Below, one piece after another: positions 36,445-46,783 of a stretch of DNA of 64,000 nucleotides (positions are counted from its first letter, which is position 1; each line of letters starts with the position of its first letter). The notes below the pieces were generated by a model that was not told where the DNA came from, made no database searches, and worked only from the letters and a program-made list of their open reading frames with translations. Made by a program: the position numbers and the translations under genes. Location of the stretch: positions 62,655 to 126,654 of the forward strand of contig MFRW01000004.1 in assembly GCA_001786575.1 (NCBI GenBank), given 5' to 3'. The stretch comes from Candidatus Moranbacteria bacterium RIFCSPHIGHO2_01_FULL_55_24. GTDB lineage: Bacteria > Patescibacteriota > Minisyncoccia > Moranbacterales > UBA1568.

Positions 36445-39400
36445 TTGCGTATGAAATCTTTCCGACGGGTGATAAGGAGGGGTTTGTTTCCATTTTTGCA
36501 TAAGACATTTTCAGCGACAGTCGTTTTGACGATGCTGTTGCAGCCGGTAGGGACTCCAGGAATCTTTGGAGTCTTTTCTTTTTCCCGGAATGTCCAGGCG
36601 CAGGAAGTTGATCCGGCAGCGCCGCAGGCAGATGAGCCGAAGGATGCCGTAACGGAAGAAGTGAAAGAAGAGCCGGCAGTCGAGGAAAAGACAGAGACGC
36701 CAACGGAAGAGACGACTGTTGCTGAAGAAGTATCTACTGAAGCACCTACTGAAGAAGCAGTGACAGAAGAAGCTCCGGTATCGGAAGAAATCGCTCCGGA
36801 AGAAGCGACGGAAGAGGAGAAAACCCCAGAAACCGCTTGCCTAGGCTCCAATGACGAGGTAAAGAGCAGCGAAAAAGGGGATTGGGACACTTCCGAAGAC
36901 GGAAAAGTGTCTGAAACGAAGGAAAAAGTGAAACTCGGAGTGAAGTATGTCTTCCCGGGCAACGAAGACGTGTCAGTCACCTTCACCTGCCTCCCGACAG
37001 ACGAGAGCAAGCTCGACAAGCTGAAGATAGAGGAGATTGATGCATCTGAAATCCAGTTGCCAGAAGGCATGGCCGTAGCTTCAAAATACGCCTACGACAT
37101 TACTACAGACATGAAGAACGGCGATTTTAAATATGATATCGTGTTGCCAAAGAATAAAGAAGTAGATGATGTCAAGGTGGTATATGTTGAAAAGTCTTCA
37201 AGCGAGATAAAGGAAGGAACTCTTAAAAATGAAGATATTAAAGAGGTCTCGAAGGAAGACGTGAAGAGTCTTGAGGATGCGGTTGAAGTTTCCGATCAAG
37301 ATCATTTTTCGTTCTGGTTTCCTACTTTTCCGTCAAAGCCGGACCTGAAAGCAACAAAGAGTCATTCGGGGGATGTTTATCTGAACCAAGCATTCACTTG
37401 GAAGATCCATGTGGAGAATATCGGCAATGCAGACGCAGTTTTCAGTGATACGAAAGTTATCCTTACTGATAACCTGCCAAGTTCTGGCGCGACATACGGT
37501 GCTCCAACAGTCGGTAATTTCGATGATGTTTCCGGAACCGCCAACATTGCCTGTTCCATTGATGGTACAAAGAATCTTATCTGTAAGGCTTCAGGAGGTA
37601 CTGTAACCATCGAAGATGGCGGATCATTCGATATTACGTGGCAGACGACTCCGACTACTACCAATGACCTGAAGAATCCTCGGAATGGCGTACATACAAA
37701 ATGCTATGTTGATCCTGATTGGAGAGTAGACGATAGTGACAGAAGTAATAATGATTGTAGCGAGACGATCAAGGTAAGTATCCAACATACCCAGGTAACT
37801 TTCTGTCATGCCACGCCGTCGGACACGGCTGCTAATGGATACAACGAAATTACTACCGATGATGACGGCGTATTGAGCGGCCATAGCCAGCAGCACAGTG
37901 CTGATATCATCCCGCCGTTTGATTACTATGGAGGTCATTTTAACGGCCAGAACTGGGATGCTGCAGGGGAGGCTATTCTCCGCAATCACTGCGTGCCGAC
38001 CGGTGGGTTGCAGGTGATTAAGACGGTAGATGACCAGTCTGATCTCACGCAGTGGAGTTTCCAACTTGATCAGAATACTCCTGTGCAGGCAGATGCGAGC
38101 GGGATAGTGGATTTCGGGCAAGTGACGACCGGAGCGCATACGATTGCCGAGATAGGACCCAACACATACACTCTGAACACGGTGACTGGTACCGGCTGTA
38201 CCCAAACATCTAATCTCACGGCAAGCGCTACGGTAGTACAGGGCCAGACGACGACTTGTACTTTCAGTAATCTGGTTAATAAAGGATCGATTACCATTAT
38301 CAAGGATGCTCAACCTGATGACGCGCAGGATTTCTCATTTACAGGCGGACTTGGAGACTTTACTCTCGATGACGATGCGGACGGAACGTTCTCTAATACC
38401 AAAGTCTCGGGGCCGCTTTTTCCGGGGGCATACTCTGTCACAGAGAATGCTACCCCAGGCTGGACGCTTGCCGGAGTTGTTTGTACCTCTTCGAATCTCC
38501 AATCACTCAATTCTACATCGAATCCTACTCAAGAAATTACTCTTGCTCCAGGAGAAAATGTCACCTGTACCTTTACGAACACGAAGGACCCATACTGCGG
38601 CGATGGTGTCATGAATCAGACGAGTGAAGCCTGTGACGGTACGGCTGGTACTACACCAGGAGAAAACTTCTGTACGGTAAGTTGTACGCTGAAGCCGATT
38701 TATGACGGTCCGGAAAGCTGTCCGGTCGAAAAGCCTGTGAAGAAGCTTGTCGGTACCTACTCGGTCGATTCGAAAGATGCCGATGGCATCAGCATTCCTT
38801 TGACTTCAGGTGAGACGTATCTTTTCGAAGCATCCGCCGATTTCCGCCCTACGACAGGGGAACAATGGCATTCTGATGCGGGTTATACGAGCAACGATAA
38901 CTGGTCTTCGCTTGCTTCCCAGTACGGTATTCAGGGTACGGGCAATGACTACGCGGCACACGCCCTCCTTGGAGATTTCGGGACAGGAACAGTCGGGGTC
39001 ATCAACTGGGGGGATTATGACTCAAGCCATACTTATGGCGAAGTTTTCACCGCGCCATCTAATGCTGCACAATTCGTCATCGGGGACCGCTACAGCGATT
39101 GGTTCAATACGCTGTACCAGAATCAGAGCGGCATGTCCGATAACGATAGAAGCCTTACGCTCGATGTCTACAGCTGCGAAGAAGCCAAGGCAACGGTAGA
39201 AGTCTGCAAGATGGATGCACAAGAGAACCCACTTCCAGGATGGAGCGTGTTCCTGAAGGGAGCAGCGGTAGAAACGGTCAATGTGGATCCGGATGGCAAT
39301 ACTGACAGCTCTTCCGTCTTGCCCCAGGACAATTACATTCTCGAAGCGAACGGAACCTATACGTACCGGCCAGGTACTCCAGGCGCGGAATTTACCGACG

Positions 39401-42400
39401 CGAATTACTCGAAACGCCATCCATCTGATGCCGTCTACGGAGGCCCGTATGTCCCGTGGGTAAACGTGAACACGTTCCCGTCGCCTCATACCGGCTGGCT
39501 CGGCGTGATGGTGAATGGCGTGGCAACCGATTGGAACAGCTACTTCAATCCGGCACATCAGTACGTTCGCGGCTACCCGAACTATTCCGGTCAGTTCGAC
39601 TTCAAGATTCTCGATGATGTCTATTCGGACAACTCTGGATCAATTCCTGTCGGTATCTATAAGGGATACGCTGGGACGACCGGAGAGGACGGCTGTGTGA
39701 CATTCGAAAACGTGCCGCTTGGCCAATACTCTGTAGGTGAGGTCCAGCAGGACGGCTGGGAATATGTCAGAGGCCAAGGCGGTGTGGAAGTGGATTCTAC
39801 CGACGAGACCTTTACGATCGTGAACCGAGAAGTGCCTCGCAATCCGGCCATTAGTGTCGAGAAGACAGGCTCCGAGTTTGCAGCGGCCGGCGATCCGGTC
39901 ACGTACAACTACGCCGTGACGAATACCGGTGATGTGCCGCTCTCGGATGTCAGCGTCTCTGACGACAAGTGTTCGCCGGTGAACTACGTCTCGGGCGACG
40001 CGAACTCGAATAGTCTCCTCGACCTCACTGAAACTTGGAGTTATACGTGTTCGACGACGCCGACCTGGGCCCACAATACCAAGCTCACGAATACGGCGAC
40101 AGCAACCGGTACCTACAAGGATCAGCATGTCTCCGATACGGATGACTTCACGCTCCAGTCATTCATCCTCCGGAAAGATGTGCGAAAGTCGCTCCAAGAA
40201 GACTTCAGCGATCCGAATGCGAGCTTCGATGTAGAGGTGAAGAAGGGGAGTACCGTTCTCGGTACAGTGACCATCAGCGAATCAGGCCCGGCTGAAATGT
40301 GGCTTGCCGACAGCGGATCCTACCAGTTCTGCGAAGTGAATGTGCCGGCGCAGTACACGCCGCACTATCCGAACGGCTGTCTCACCTTCGTTGCCGGAGA
40401 GGGGAATTATCCCGACTGGAGCCATATCAATTACGTGAGGCCGATCAATGTCCATGCGACCAAGATCGTCTGTACTGATGAAGCCGACCTCCCGAACTGG
40501 GGACATGGCGGAGAAAACATCACGGAAACGACTGCTGAAGACTGGGTTGGTGATCATGCTAGCTGTAGCTTCCAAAATAACTGGAAATTCCAGTGGAGCC
40601 TCGATAAGGTAGGGAACCCGGGCGACAACAATACTGCTGATCCGATTGCGAACTGGAATACTTTCGGCCCGACCGATGTGAATGGGACGACCAGCACGGA
40701 AATCATCAATCCGGCAACATCCCTCCTCTGGTTCCGCGAAGTATGGAAGGACAATTATATCCCTTTCAGCCATGAAGCGCATCCGGATAATTCTGATGAC
40801 GTGAGTGCGGAGTTCTACTGCAATGACGATGTCTTGAACTACGACAACTGGGAATGGATCAATACCGAGCCAGGAGGAACGTATTACTGCGTCGCCTGGA
40901 ACAAGGCGGTCGAGCCGGATGTCGAGATTACCAAGATCGATGATCAGGATCCGATTATAAGCGGAAACATCCTCACCTATACCCTCACTGCCAAGAACAA
41001 CGGAGTGAACCCGGCGACCGATGTTGTCGTGACGGATACGCTTCCGGTGAACTTCCAGCTCATGAGCGTGACGCCAGGAGCAGGGGATAGCTGTTCGGAT
41101 GCAGAAGATGTCATAGACAAGGATATTCAGTGCGAATTGGGAACGCTCGCTCCGAACGAGACCGCGGTGATTATCGTCAAAGGTATCGCTCTCGGAGTCG
41201 GTACGCTTGAGAATACCGCGGAAGTGACCAATACGAACGGCGATACCAACACCGAGAACAATAGCGACACCGAGGAAACGACAGTAACGGAAATCGCAGG
41301 TGTCTGCCGCGACAATACGACCTATGCCAATTCGGTGGTGGCAGTGGATCAGGGGACTCTCAAGAGCGGCGCTTCGATCACTGATCCGACAAGAATTGTT
41401 CCCGGATACGCCTTAGGCGTGCCGGATAGCAAATTCTTCAGTCTTGGAAATGGAGGTTCTCTCGTAGTCAAATTTACTGATCCGGTAATCGACGTCGTTG
41501 GCGCAGACCTCTCATTCCATGAGACGATGAACGGCCGCAATAGCTATCCGCTCGAGAAAGCTGATGTCTCGGTAAGTTCTGACGGCGTTACCTTTGTTCC
41601 GGTAGGATCCGTGACGAGTGAACCCGGCGATGACGGCGTGATGTATCTCGACTTCTCTTCGACCGGACTTCCGTCGATCCAGTATGTGAAGCTTGTCGAT
41701 ACGACTGCCTATGGTCCGCATGCTTCGAATGCCGATGGTTATGACATTGAAGCGATCGACGCCAAGTGCGATTCGGGAACGATCGTCGTGAAGAAAGAGA
41801 CAAATCCCGACAAAAGTGATCAAAGCTTCTCATTCGATCCGAGTTGGGGAGAGGATTTCTCTCTTACTGACGGTCAGTCCTCTTCGTTCAACCTCCTCTC
41901 CGGAACCTATTCTGTAGCGGAGACTCTCCCATTGCCTGAAGGATGGGATCAGACGAACGTATCTTGCGTGAGCAGCAATGATGACCATGAAAGCGCAGAT
42001 AACATTTCTCTCCAGCCTGGCGAGACCATAACCTGCACCTTCACCAATACCCAGCCGATCACGGTTGTTGCTTCAAAGATCGTCTGTGATAACGAGAGTT
42101 ATCTCCCGAATTGGGGCGGGGGAAACACGGAACTGATTGACGGGAATACCGCTTCAAATTGGCTCAATGACGGAGCGCATCCGGAACGTCTCCAGCACTG
42201 TGCTCTTACGGATAACTGGGATTTCGAATGGGGACCGATCAATTCAGGCGATGCCGGCGATGCCTTTACTGGGCCGGCAGGAGGCCAGTGGAACACGTTC
42301 GGTCCGACCGTCGCCGGGACGACTACGGCAGTGATTCCCGGTACGGTGAATCTTGGCGGAAGGATCGAGATGCGCGAAGTGCTCCAGCCGGACTACCTCC

Positions 42401-45400
42401 CATTCGGATATAGCAATGGCAATAGCGACTTCAGCGCCGAAATGTACTGTACTGGCGATACTGTGAACTATGACAACTGGGAGTGGATCAATAATCCGCA
42501 AGCCGGACAGACGTACTACTGCGTTGCGTGGAATGCGCTCAAGACCGGGGAGATTACCGGCTTCAAATGGGATGATCTCAATGGAAATGGGCAGTATGAC
42601 TGCAGTATAGATGGCCTAGTAGCGCAAGATACGGAGGTTCTCGATGCGTGTGAGCAGAAGCTTGCGGATTGGACAATCTTTATCGACACCAATAATAGTG
42701 GCGTCCTCGATTCGGGGGAAGTGTCGACTGCTACTGATTCCAACGGGGACTATATCTTCGATGATCTCATTCCGGGTACGTATCGCGTGTGTGAACAGCA
42801 GCAGACTGATTGGCAACAGACATACCCGCAAAATGAGATCTACAACTGTCATGATGTGACCGTTGGCCCTGGCCAGACGAGCGGAGGTAACAACTTCGGG
42901 AATTTCCATCTTGGAAAGGTATCCGGGGAGAAGTTCGAAGATCTTAACGGCGACGGCTATACCGAAGGCGACTCCGGTCTTGATGGCTGGACCATGGTTC
43001 TCGGAAAATCCGTACTGGTGAAGTCGGTGAGCGTCGACTCTGCAAGTGATGTTCCTGTCGACCTCGGAACCTTTGCTTCAGGAAAATCCTACCTTGTCAC
43101 AGCAGAGGGAACATTCGACGCTGGAGACTTCATTACGGGCGATGCAGAATGCTCTTCGCGAGCAGGAAGCCTCTGGAATACCTTTGTGAAGAATTACGAG
43201 TCCTACGGCGAAACTCTCCTTGATCTCCAGATCGACGGGGCGGCGACCGATTGGGGAGGTTGTAACGGAGGTAATGTCTATAGCAAGATCTTTGCCGGCG
43301 ATGACGCTTCGCACAACGCCTTCATCTATGATGTCTACAAGCCGAATAATAGCGGCTCCCTCACCGTGAAGGTGTATGAACTCACTGATGTCCTGACTGA
43401 TGTGACTTCTGGCGGCGGGCTGTACGATTTCGCGGGTCTCACTGCTGGCGACTATGCTCTCTGCGAAGTCCAGCAGTCAAACTGGACGCAAACCGCGCCT
43501 ACGTCAGCCTGTCACTGGTTCACCGTTGATTCGGGCTTTGATGGGAAATACGACTTCGCCAACTTCCATCCAGGAACGATTACGGGAATAAAGTTCAATG
43601 ACTGCAATGGAGATGGTAAGCAGGGCAATGGCGATCTCGAACGCTCTATTGATGATCAAGAAACGTGTCAGGAAACCGGTCTACAAGGATGGACTATCTA
43701 TCTTGACCTGGATAACAATGGCAGCCTTGATGCTAATGAGCCTTCGACAATAACCGATGAAAATGGGTACTACTCGTTCACGGGTCTTCCGGTAGGGCAG
43801 TACATTGTCCGGGAAGTAAACCAGAATGGGTGGCAGCAAACGACTGCTATGTGTGGCGGACCGATCCTGACTGATAATGAAGAGTTTATTGTCCAATCAG
43901 TCCAACTCGGTGGGATTGCCATCGAATCAGGGTCAGAAGAAACGTGTTCTATCGGAAACTATCAGACACCTGGAGCACAGATCTTCAAGACGAATAATTC
44001 GGAAGGACCTCAACTGCCCGGGGATATCGTTACTTTCAGGCTTGAGGTAACTGTCCTCAATAACAGCGTGAATAACGTCGAGCTTACTGATCTTCCGCCG
44101 GAAGGGTTCGAATATGTCGAGGGTTCTGGGGAAGGAGCGCCTTTCATCAAACCCTATGCTTCACCTGGCATCTGGGATCTCGGGGATATGGCCGCGGGAG
44201 AAACAAAAATTATTACCTACAAGGCGAAGATTAGCGATACCCAGGATGAGGGACTCTACGAGGACTTGGCTTTTGCCAAAGGCACCTCGGCCTTGAATGA
44301 CCCTGTACTGGCTGAAGACCCTTCGGACTCTGACAACTTCGTAGGCACCCAGGTAGCGGTAGCGCTTCCGGAGACGAGCTCATACACCGTGCCGGAAGTG
44401 GAGGTAGACCGGGACAGGACTGAAACGAAAAAAATCGTCCTCGGTGCCTCTACTAGCCTGCCGATGACCGGAGCCGATGTACGGACACTTCTCGGAATCG
44501 TAGCGCTCTTCCTCGCGGGAATAGCTCTCCTCGCTCTGGGCCGCCGCAAGGCGAGGGCGACGCTCGCAGGAGTCTTCCTCCTGGCTGCTCTGCTCTCGTT
44601 CGGCTCTCCGGCAGAAGCCGCAGACTCGAGCCTCTCTGTGGAGATGGAAACGCCAGATGCGCAGGTGACGAGCCCGGACTTCAAGATCGGCTTCGTTGCT
44701 CTCGACATTCTTGACCGGCCGGTGACAGTAGAGTGCCAGGTGCAGGGACCAGCGGATGTCTCCTTCTCGACTTTCGCTACGCCGGTACTGAATGCTGCGG
44801 GCGGAAACTCCGGCGACTGCCAGGTGAACGCGGGCGTCATGCCGGCGGATGGCGATTACCAGTTCCAGGTGGTAGCAACGGCTAATGATGACGAGGAAAG
44901 CAGCGAGACGGAAACTGCAGGGCCGAAGACCGTGAAACTGCACTCTACCTTCCCAGGAACGCCGGTAAACTACAACCGCACCGATCTCTCGTGCGCGAAC
45001 AAGATGGAATACACGACAGCAGCCGATGGTGGCAAGACGGTGAAAGTCGAACTGTATCGCAGCACTTCGAAGACCTTCGTTGCGGATGCTTCTACGAAAG
45101 TGGATGAGCAGGCGATCGGCTCAAGCCAGGACGGAGCGTTCGTGAACGCTGTCCCTGACTGCAATGCGGACTACTTCTACTCCATCCGGGCGGTAGATGC
45201 TCTGGGGAACGGGTCCGGATTCACCGGCGATGGCATCACGACAGTCGATACCGACATCAAACACAAGAAAAAGTACATTGAAGGTGCTGCTGCAACAGGC
45301 ACGACCGGAGCGCTCGCGGTAAGCGGCGCTGAAGCCGGTGCAGCCGAAGGCGGTGCTGTACAAGGAGAAACGACTCCGGAAGCTGCAGCAGGCGAAGCCG

Positions 45401-45558
45401 GAAGCGTCTTGGGTGAGATGACCGAAGAGAGTGCTGCCGGAGGAGTCTTCGGCGAGAACGGATTCGTGAGCAATCACCCGTGGCTTACCAGCCTGATAAT
45501 CCTCGTGATTCTCGCCGGTCTCTACATCTTCTACCGCCTACGCCCGCGCAATGCCTAG
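36445..45558 (+). CDS. giant (3037 aa) cell-surface adhesin: signal peptide, acidic Glu/Thr-rich stalk, multiple SpaA/CnaB-type (prealbumin-like) and SdrD-B-like Ca-binding repeats, internal LPMTG sorting signal, C-terminal Ig/FN3-like module with terminal TM
   Basis: Repeated G.Y.V.E...P.GW motifs (GAYSVTENATPGW, GTYSVAETLPLPEGW, GQYSVGEVQQDGW, GTYRVCEQQQTDW, GDYALCEVQQSNW, GQYIVREVNQNGW). D.NGNG/DLNGDG motifs. LPMTG then hydrophobic stretch then GRRKAR at ~aa 2670. Confidence 0.85.
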   Translation: MRMKSFRRVIRRGLFPFLHKTFSATVVLTMLLQPVGTPGIFGVFSFSRNVQAQEVDPAAPQADEPKDAVTEEVKEEPAVEEKTETPTEETTVAEEVSTEAPTEEAVTEEAPVSEEIAPEEATEEEKTPETACLGSNDEVKSSEKGDWDTSEDGKVSETKEKVKLGVKYVFPGNEDVSVTFTCLPTDESKLDKLKIEEIDASEIQLPEGMAVASKYAYDITTDMKNGDFKYDIVLPKNKEVDDVKVVYVEKSSSEIKEGTLKNEDIKEVSKEDVKSLEDAVEVSDQDHFSFWFPTFPSKPDLKATKSHSGDVYLNQAFTWKIHVENIGNADAVFSDTKVILTDNLPSSGATYGAPTVGNFDDVSGTANIACSIDGTKNLICKASGGTVTIEDGGSFDITWQTTPTTTNDLKNPRNGVHTKCYVDPDWRVDDSDRSNNDCSETIKVSIQHTQVTFCHATPSDTAANGYNEITTDDDGVLSGHSQQHSADIIPPFDYYGGHFNGQNWDAAGEAILRNHCVPTGGLQVIKTVDDQSDLTQWSFQLDQNTPVQADASGIVDFGQVTTGAHTIAEIGPNTYTLNTVTGTGCTQTSNLTASATVVQGQTTTCTFSNLVNKGSITIIKDAQPDDAQDFSFTGGLGDFTLDDDADGTFSNTKVSGPLFPGAYSVTENATPGWTLAGVVCTSSNLQSLNSTSNPTQEITLAPGENVTCTFTNTKDPYCGDGVMNQTSEACDGTAGTTPGENFCTVSCTLKPIYDGPESCPVEKPVKKLVGTYSVDSKDADGISIPLTSGETYLFEASADFRPTTGEQWHSDAGYTSNDNWSSLASQYGIQGTGNDYAAHALLGDFGTGTVGVINWGDYDSSHTYGEVFTAPSNAAQFVIGDRYSDWFNTLYQNQSGMSDNDRSLTLDVYSCEEAKATVEVCKMDAQENPLPGWSVFLKGAAVETVNVDPDGNTDSSSVLPQDNYILEANGTYTYRPGTPGAEFTDANYSKRHPSDAVYGGPYVPWVNVNTFPSPHTGWLGVMVNGVATDWNSYFNPAHQYVRGYPNYSGQFDFKILDDVYSDNSGSIPVGIYKGYAGTTGEDGCVTFENVPLGQYSVGEVQQDGWEYVRGQGGVEVDSTDETFTIVNREVPRNPAISVEKTGSEFAAAGDPVTYNYAVTNTGDVPLSDVSVSDDKCSPVNYVSGDANSNSLLDLTETWSYTCSTTPTWAHNTKLTNTATATGTYKDQHVSDTDDFTLQSFILRKDVRKSLQEDFSDPNASFDVEVKKGSTVLGTVTISESGPAEMWLADSGSYQFCEVNVPAQYTPHYPNGCLTFVAGEGNYPDWSHINYVRPINVHATKIVCTDEADLPNWGHGGENITETTAEDWVGDHASCSFQNNWKFQWSLDKVGNPGDNNTADPIANWNTFGPTDVNGTTSTEIINPATSLLWFREVWKDNYIPFSHEAHPDNSDDVSAEFYCNDDVLNYDNWEWINTEPGGTYYCVAWNKAVEPDVEITKIDDQDPIISGNILTYTLTAKNNGVNPATDVVVTDTLPVNFQLMSVTPGAGDSCSDAEDVIDKDIQCELGTLAPNETAVIIVKGIALGVGTLENTAEVTNTNGDTNTENNSDTEETTVTEIAGVCRDNTTYANSVVAVDQGTLKSGASITDPTRIVPGYALGVPDSKFFSLGNGGSLVVKFTDPVIDVVGADLSFHETMNGRNSYPLEKADVSVSSDGVTFVPVGSVTSEPGDDGVMYLDFSSTGLPSIQYVKLVDTTAYGPHASNADGYDIEAIDAKCDSGTIVVKKETNPDKSDQSFSFDPSWGEDFSLTDGQSSSFNLLSGTYSVAETLPLPEGWDQTNVSCVSSNDDHESADNISLQPGETITCTFTNTQPITVVASKIVCDNESYLPNWGGGNTELIDGNTASNWLNDGAHPERLQHCALTDNWDFEWGPINSGDAGDAFTGPAGGQWNTFGPTVAGTTTAVIPGTVNLGGRIEMREVLQPDYLPFGYSNGNSDFSAEMYCTGDTVNYDNWEWINNPQAGQTYYCVAWNALKTGEITGFKWDDLNGNGQYDCSIDGLVAQDTEVLDACEQKLADWTIFIDTNNSGVLDSGEVSTATDSNGDYIFDDLIPGTYRVCEQQQTDWQQTYPQNEIYNCHDVTVGPGQTSGGNNFGNFHLGKVSGEKFEDLNGDGYTEGDSGLDGWTMVLGKSVLVKSVSVDSASDVPVDLGTFASGKSYLVTAEGTFDAGDFITGDAECSSRAGSLWNTFVKNYESYGETLLDLQIDGAATDWGGCNGGNVYSKIFAGDDASHNAFIYDVYKPNNSGSLTVKVYELTDVLTDVTSGGGLYDFAGLTAGDYALCEVQQSNWTQTAPTSACHWFTVDSGFDGKYDFANFHPGTITGIKFNDCNGDGKQGNGDLERSIDDQETCQETGLQGWTIYLDLDNNGSLDANEPSTITDENGYYSFTGLPVGQYIVREVNQNGWQQTTAMCGGPILTDNEEFIVQSVQLGGIAIESGSEETCSIGNYQTPGAQIFKTNNSEGPQLPGDIVTFRLEVTVLNNSVNNVELTDLPPEGFEYVEGSGEGAPFIKPYASPGIWDLGDMAAGETKIITYKAKISDTQDEGLYEDLAFAKGTSALNDPVLAEDPSDSDNFVGTQVAVALPETSSYTVPEVEVDRDRTETKKIVLGASTSLPMTGADVRTLLGIVALFLAGIALLALGRRKARATLAGVFLLAALLSFGSPAEAADSSLSVEMETPDAQVTSPDFKIGFVALDILDRPVTVECQVQGPADVSFSTFATPVLNAAGGNSGDCQVNAGVMPADGDYQFQVVATANDDEESSETETAGPKTVKLHSTFPGTPVNYNRTDLSCANKMEYTTAADGGKTVKVELYRSTSKTFVADASTKVDEQAIGSSQDGAFVNAVPDCNADYFYSIRAVDALGNGSGFTGDGITTVDTDIKHKKKYIEGAAATGTTGALAVSGAEAGAAEGGAVQGETTPEAAAGEAGSVLGEMTEESAAGGVFGENGFVSNHPWLTSLIILVILAGLYIFYRLRPRNA

Positions 45559-46198
45559 TCACGCTCCCCAGAAGAACTGGCTCACCCATGCAGGGTCTTT
45601 CCTGATCGTGGCCTCTCTTGTGCTGTTTCTGGCCACATTCTTCCCGGTACTTAGGGAAGAGGTAGCCTATCGCTTCGAGCAGGATACGATCCCGCCGGTC
45701 TTGACGAAGACCGAGCAGGCAGCCAAGGGAGAGACCGGAGCAGAAGAAGTGCTGGTTCCGGTAGATGAGGACTTCGGGATCGTTATCCCGAAGATCCGCG
45801 CCAATGCCAAGGTTGTGGCAGATGTGGATTGGCAGGACTCGGCTCGCTACCAGAGGGCCCTCCAGGAGGGGGTAGCGCATGCCAAAGGAACAGCCAAGCC
45901 GGGGGAATCGGGGAACATCTTCCTCTTCTCGCACTCCGGCGTTGACTTCTACGAAGCCGCCCGCTACAATGCCGTGTTCTATCTCATGAACAAGCTCTCG
46001 GCGGGGGACGAGATCGAGCTCTTCTACCAGGGGGTCCGTTATGGATACCGGGTGAAAGAAGTGAAAATCGTGGGAGCGGAAGAGACGGGGTACATCACCG
46101 GACCAGGGCGAGGAAAGACGCTTACGCTCATGACCTGCTGGCCTGCCGGCACGACTCTGAAGCGCCTCGTCGTTATCGCCGAACAGAAGGAAAACTGA
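45551..46198 (+). CDS. sortase (transpeptidase)
   Basis: N-terminal TM. Catalytic His (GNIFLFSHSG), TLxTC motif (LTLMTCWP), conserved Arg (TLKRLVV). Overlaps the adhesin stop by 8 nt. Confidence 0.85.
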   Translation: MPSHAPQKNWLTHAGSFLIVASLVLFLATFFPVLREEVAYRFEQDTIPPVLTKTEQAAKGETGAEEVLVPVDEDFGIVIPKIRANAKVVADVDWQDSARYQRALQEGVAHAKGTAKPGESGNIFLFSHSGVDFYEAARYNAVFYLMNKLSAGDEIELFYQGVRYGYRVKEVKIVGAEETGYITGPGRGKTLTLMTCWPAGTTLKRLVVIAEQKEN

Positions 46199-46204
46199 CG
46201 CCTT

Positions 46205-46783
46205 ATGGAACAATCGCAAGAAATCGCATCGCACGAAAGCTTCGGCGGCTACCGGCCGCTCGCTATCGTAATGGCGCTTCTCATATTGGAATGCGCCATG
46301 GCATTTTTCTTTTTCCAGCCGCCGCAAGCGGAGAGATTTTCGGATTTTCCGCTCTGGGAGGAGATGCAGACGGAGCGTGAAGGCACGCCTCTCCGGCTCT
46401 CGGAGATCGAAGGGGCGAGCATCGGCGGCCCAGCTGTAACGACTGCGAACGAAGAAGGGCTCCGTGAGATAGGCGCTTCCTGCCAGACCTTGCCCCCAGA
46501 GCTGTGGCTCTTCCTCCTGGTGGCGTACGCGCTCCTGCTTGTCTTCAATTTTTCTTATACTATCCGCGCCGAGGGGCGTGTCATGTGGAAATCGGAAGCG
46601 GTCTACGGTCTCCTCTTCATCATCGGCTGGTATGTCTTCGATAGCTGCAGGGAAACGTGGTGGTTCCCGCTTCTGCTGGCACAGGTCGGCCTGACGCTCT
46701 TCTTAGGCGCCATCTTCGTCCTTGAAGAAAAGAAAAAGCGCCCTCTGACGGGCGCTCGGGAGCAGGAAACCCTGCCGTTCTAG
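46205..46783 (+). CDS. hypothetical polytopic membrane protein
   Basis: Several TM segments. Immediately downstream of the sortase in the same orientation. Confidence 0.45.
   Translation: MEQSQEIASHESFGGYRPLAIVMALLILECAMAFFFFQPPQAERFSDFPLWEEMQTEREGTPLRLSEIEGASIGGPAVTTANEEGLREIGASCQTLPPELWLFLLVAYALLLVFNFSYTIRAEGRVMWKSEAVYGLLFIIGWYVFDSCRETWWFPLLLAQVGLTLFLGAIFVLEEKKKRPLTGAREQETLPF

Noticed and set aside
36297-37070. 257-aa Ser/Thr-rich minus-strand ORF
   Set aside because: Antisense of the Glu/Thr-rich acidic stalk at the start of the giant adhesin gene.
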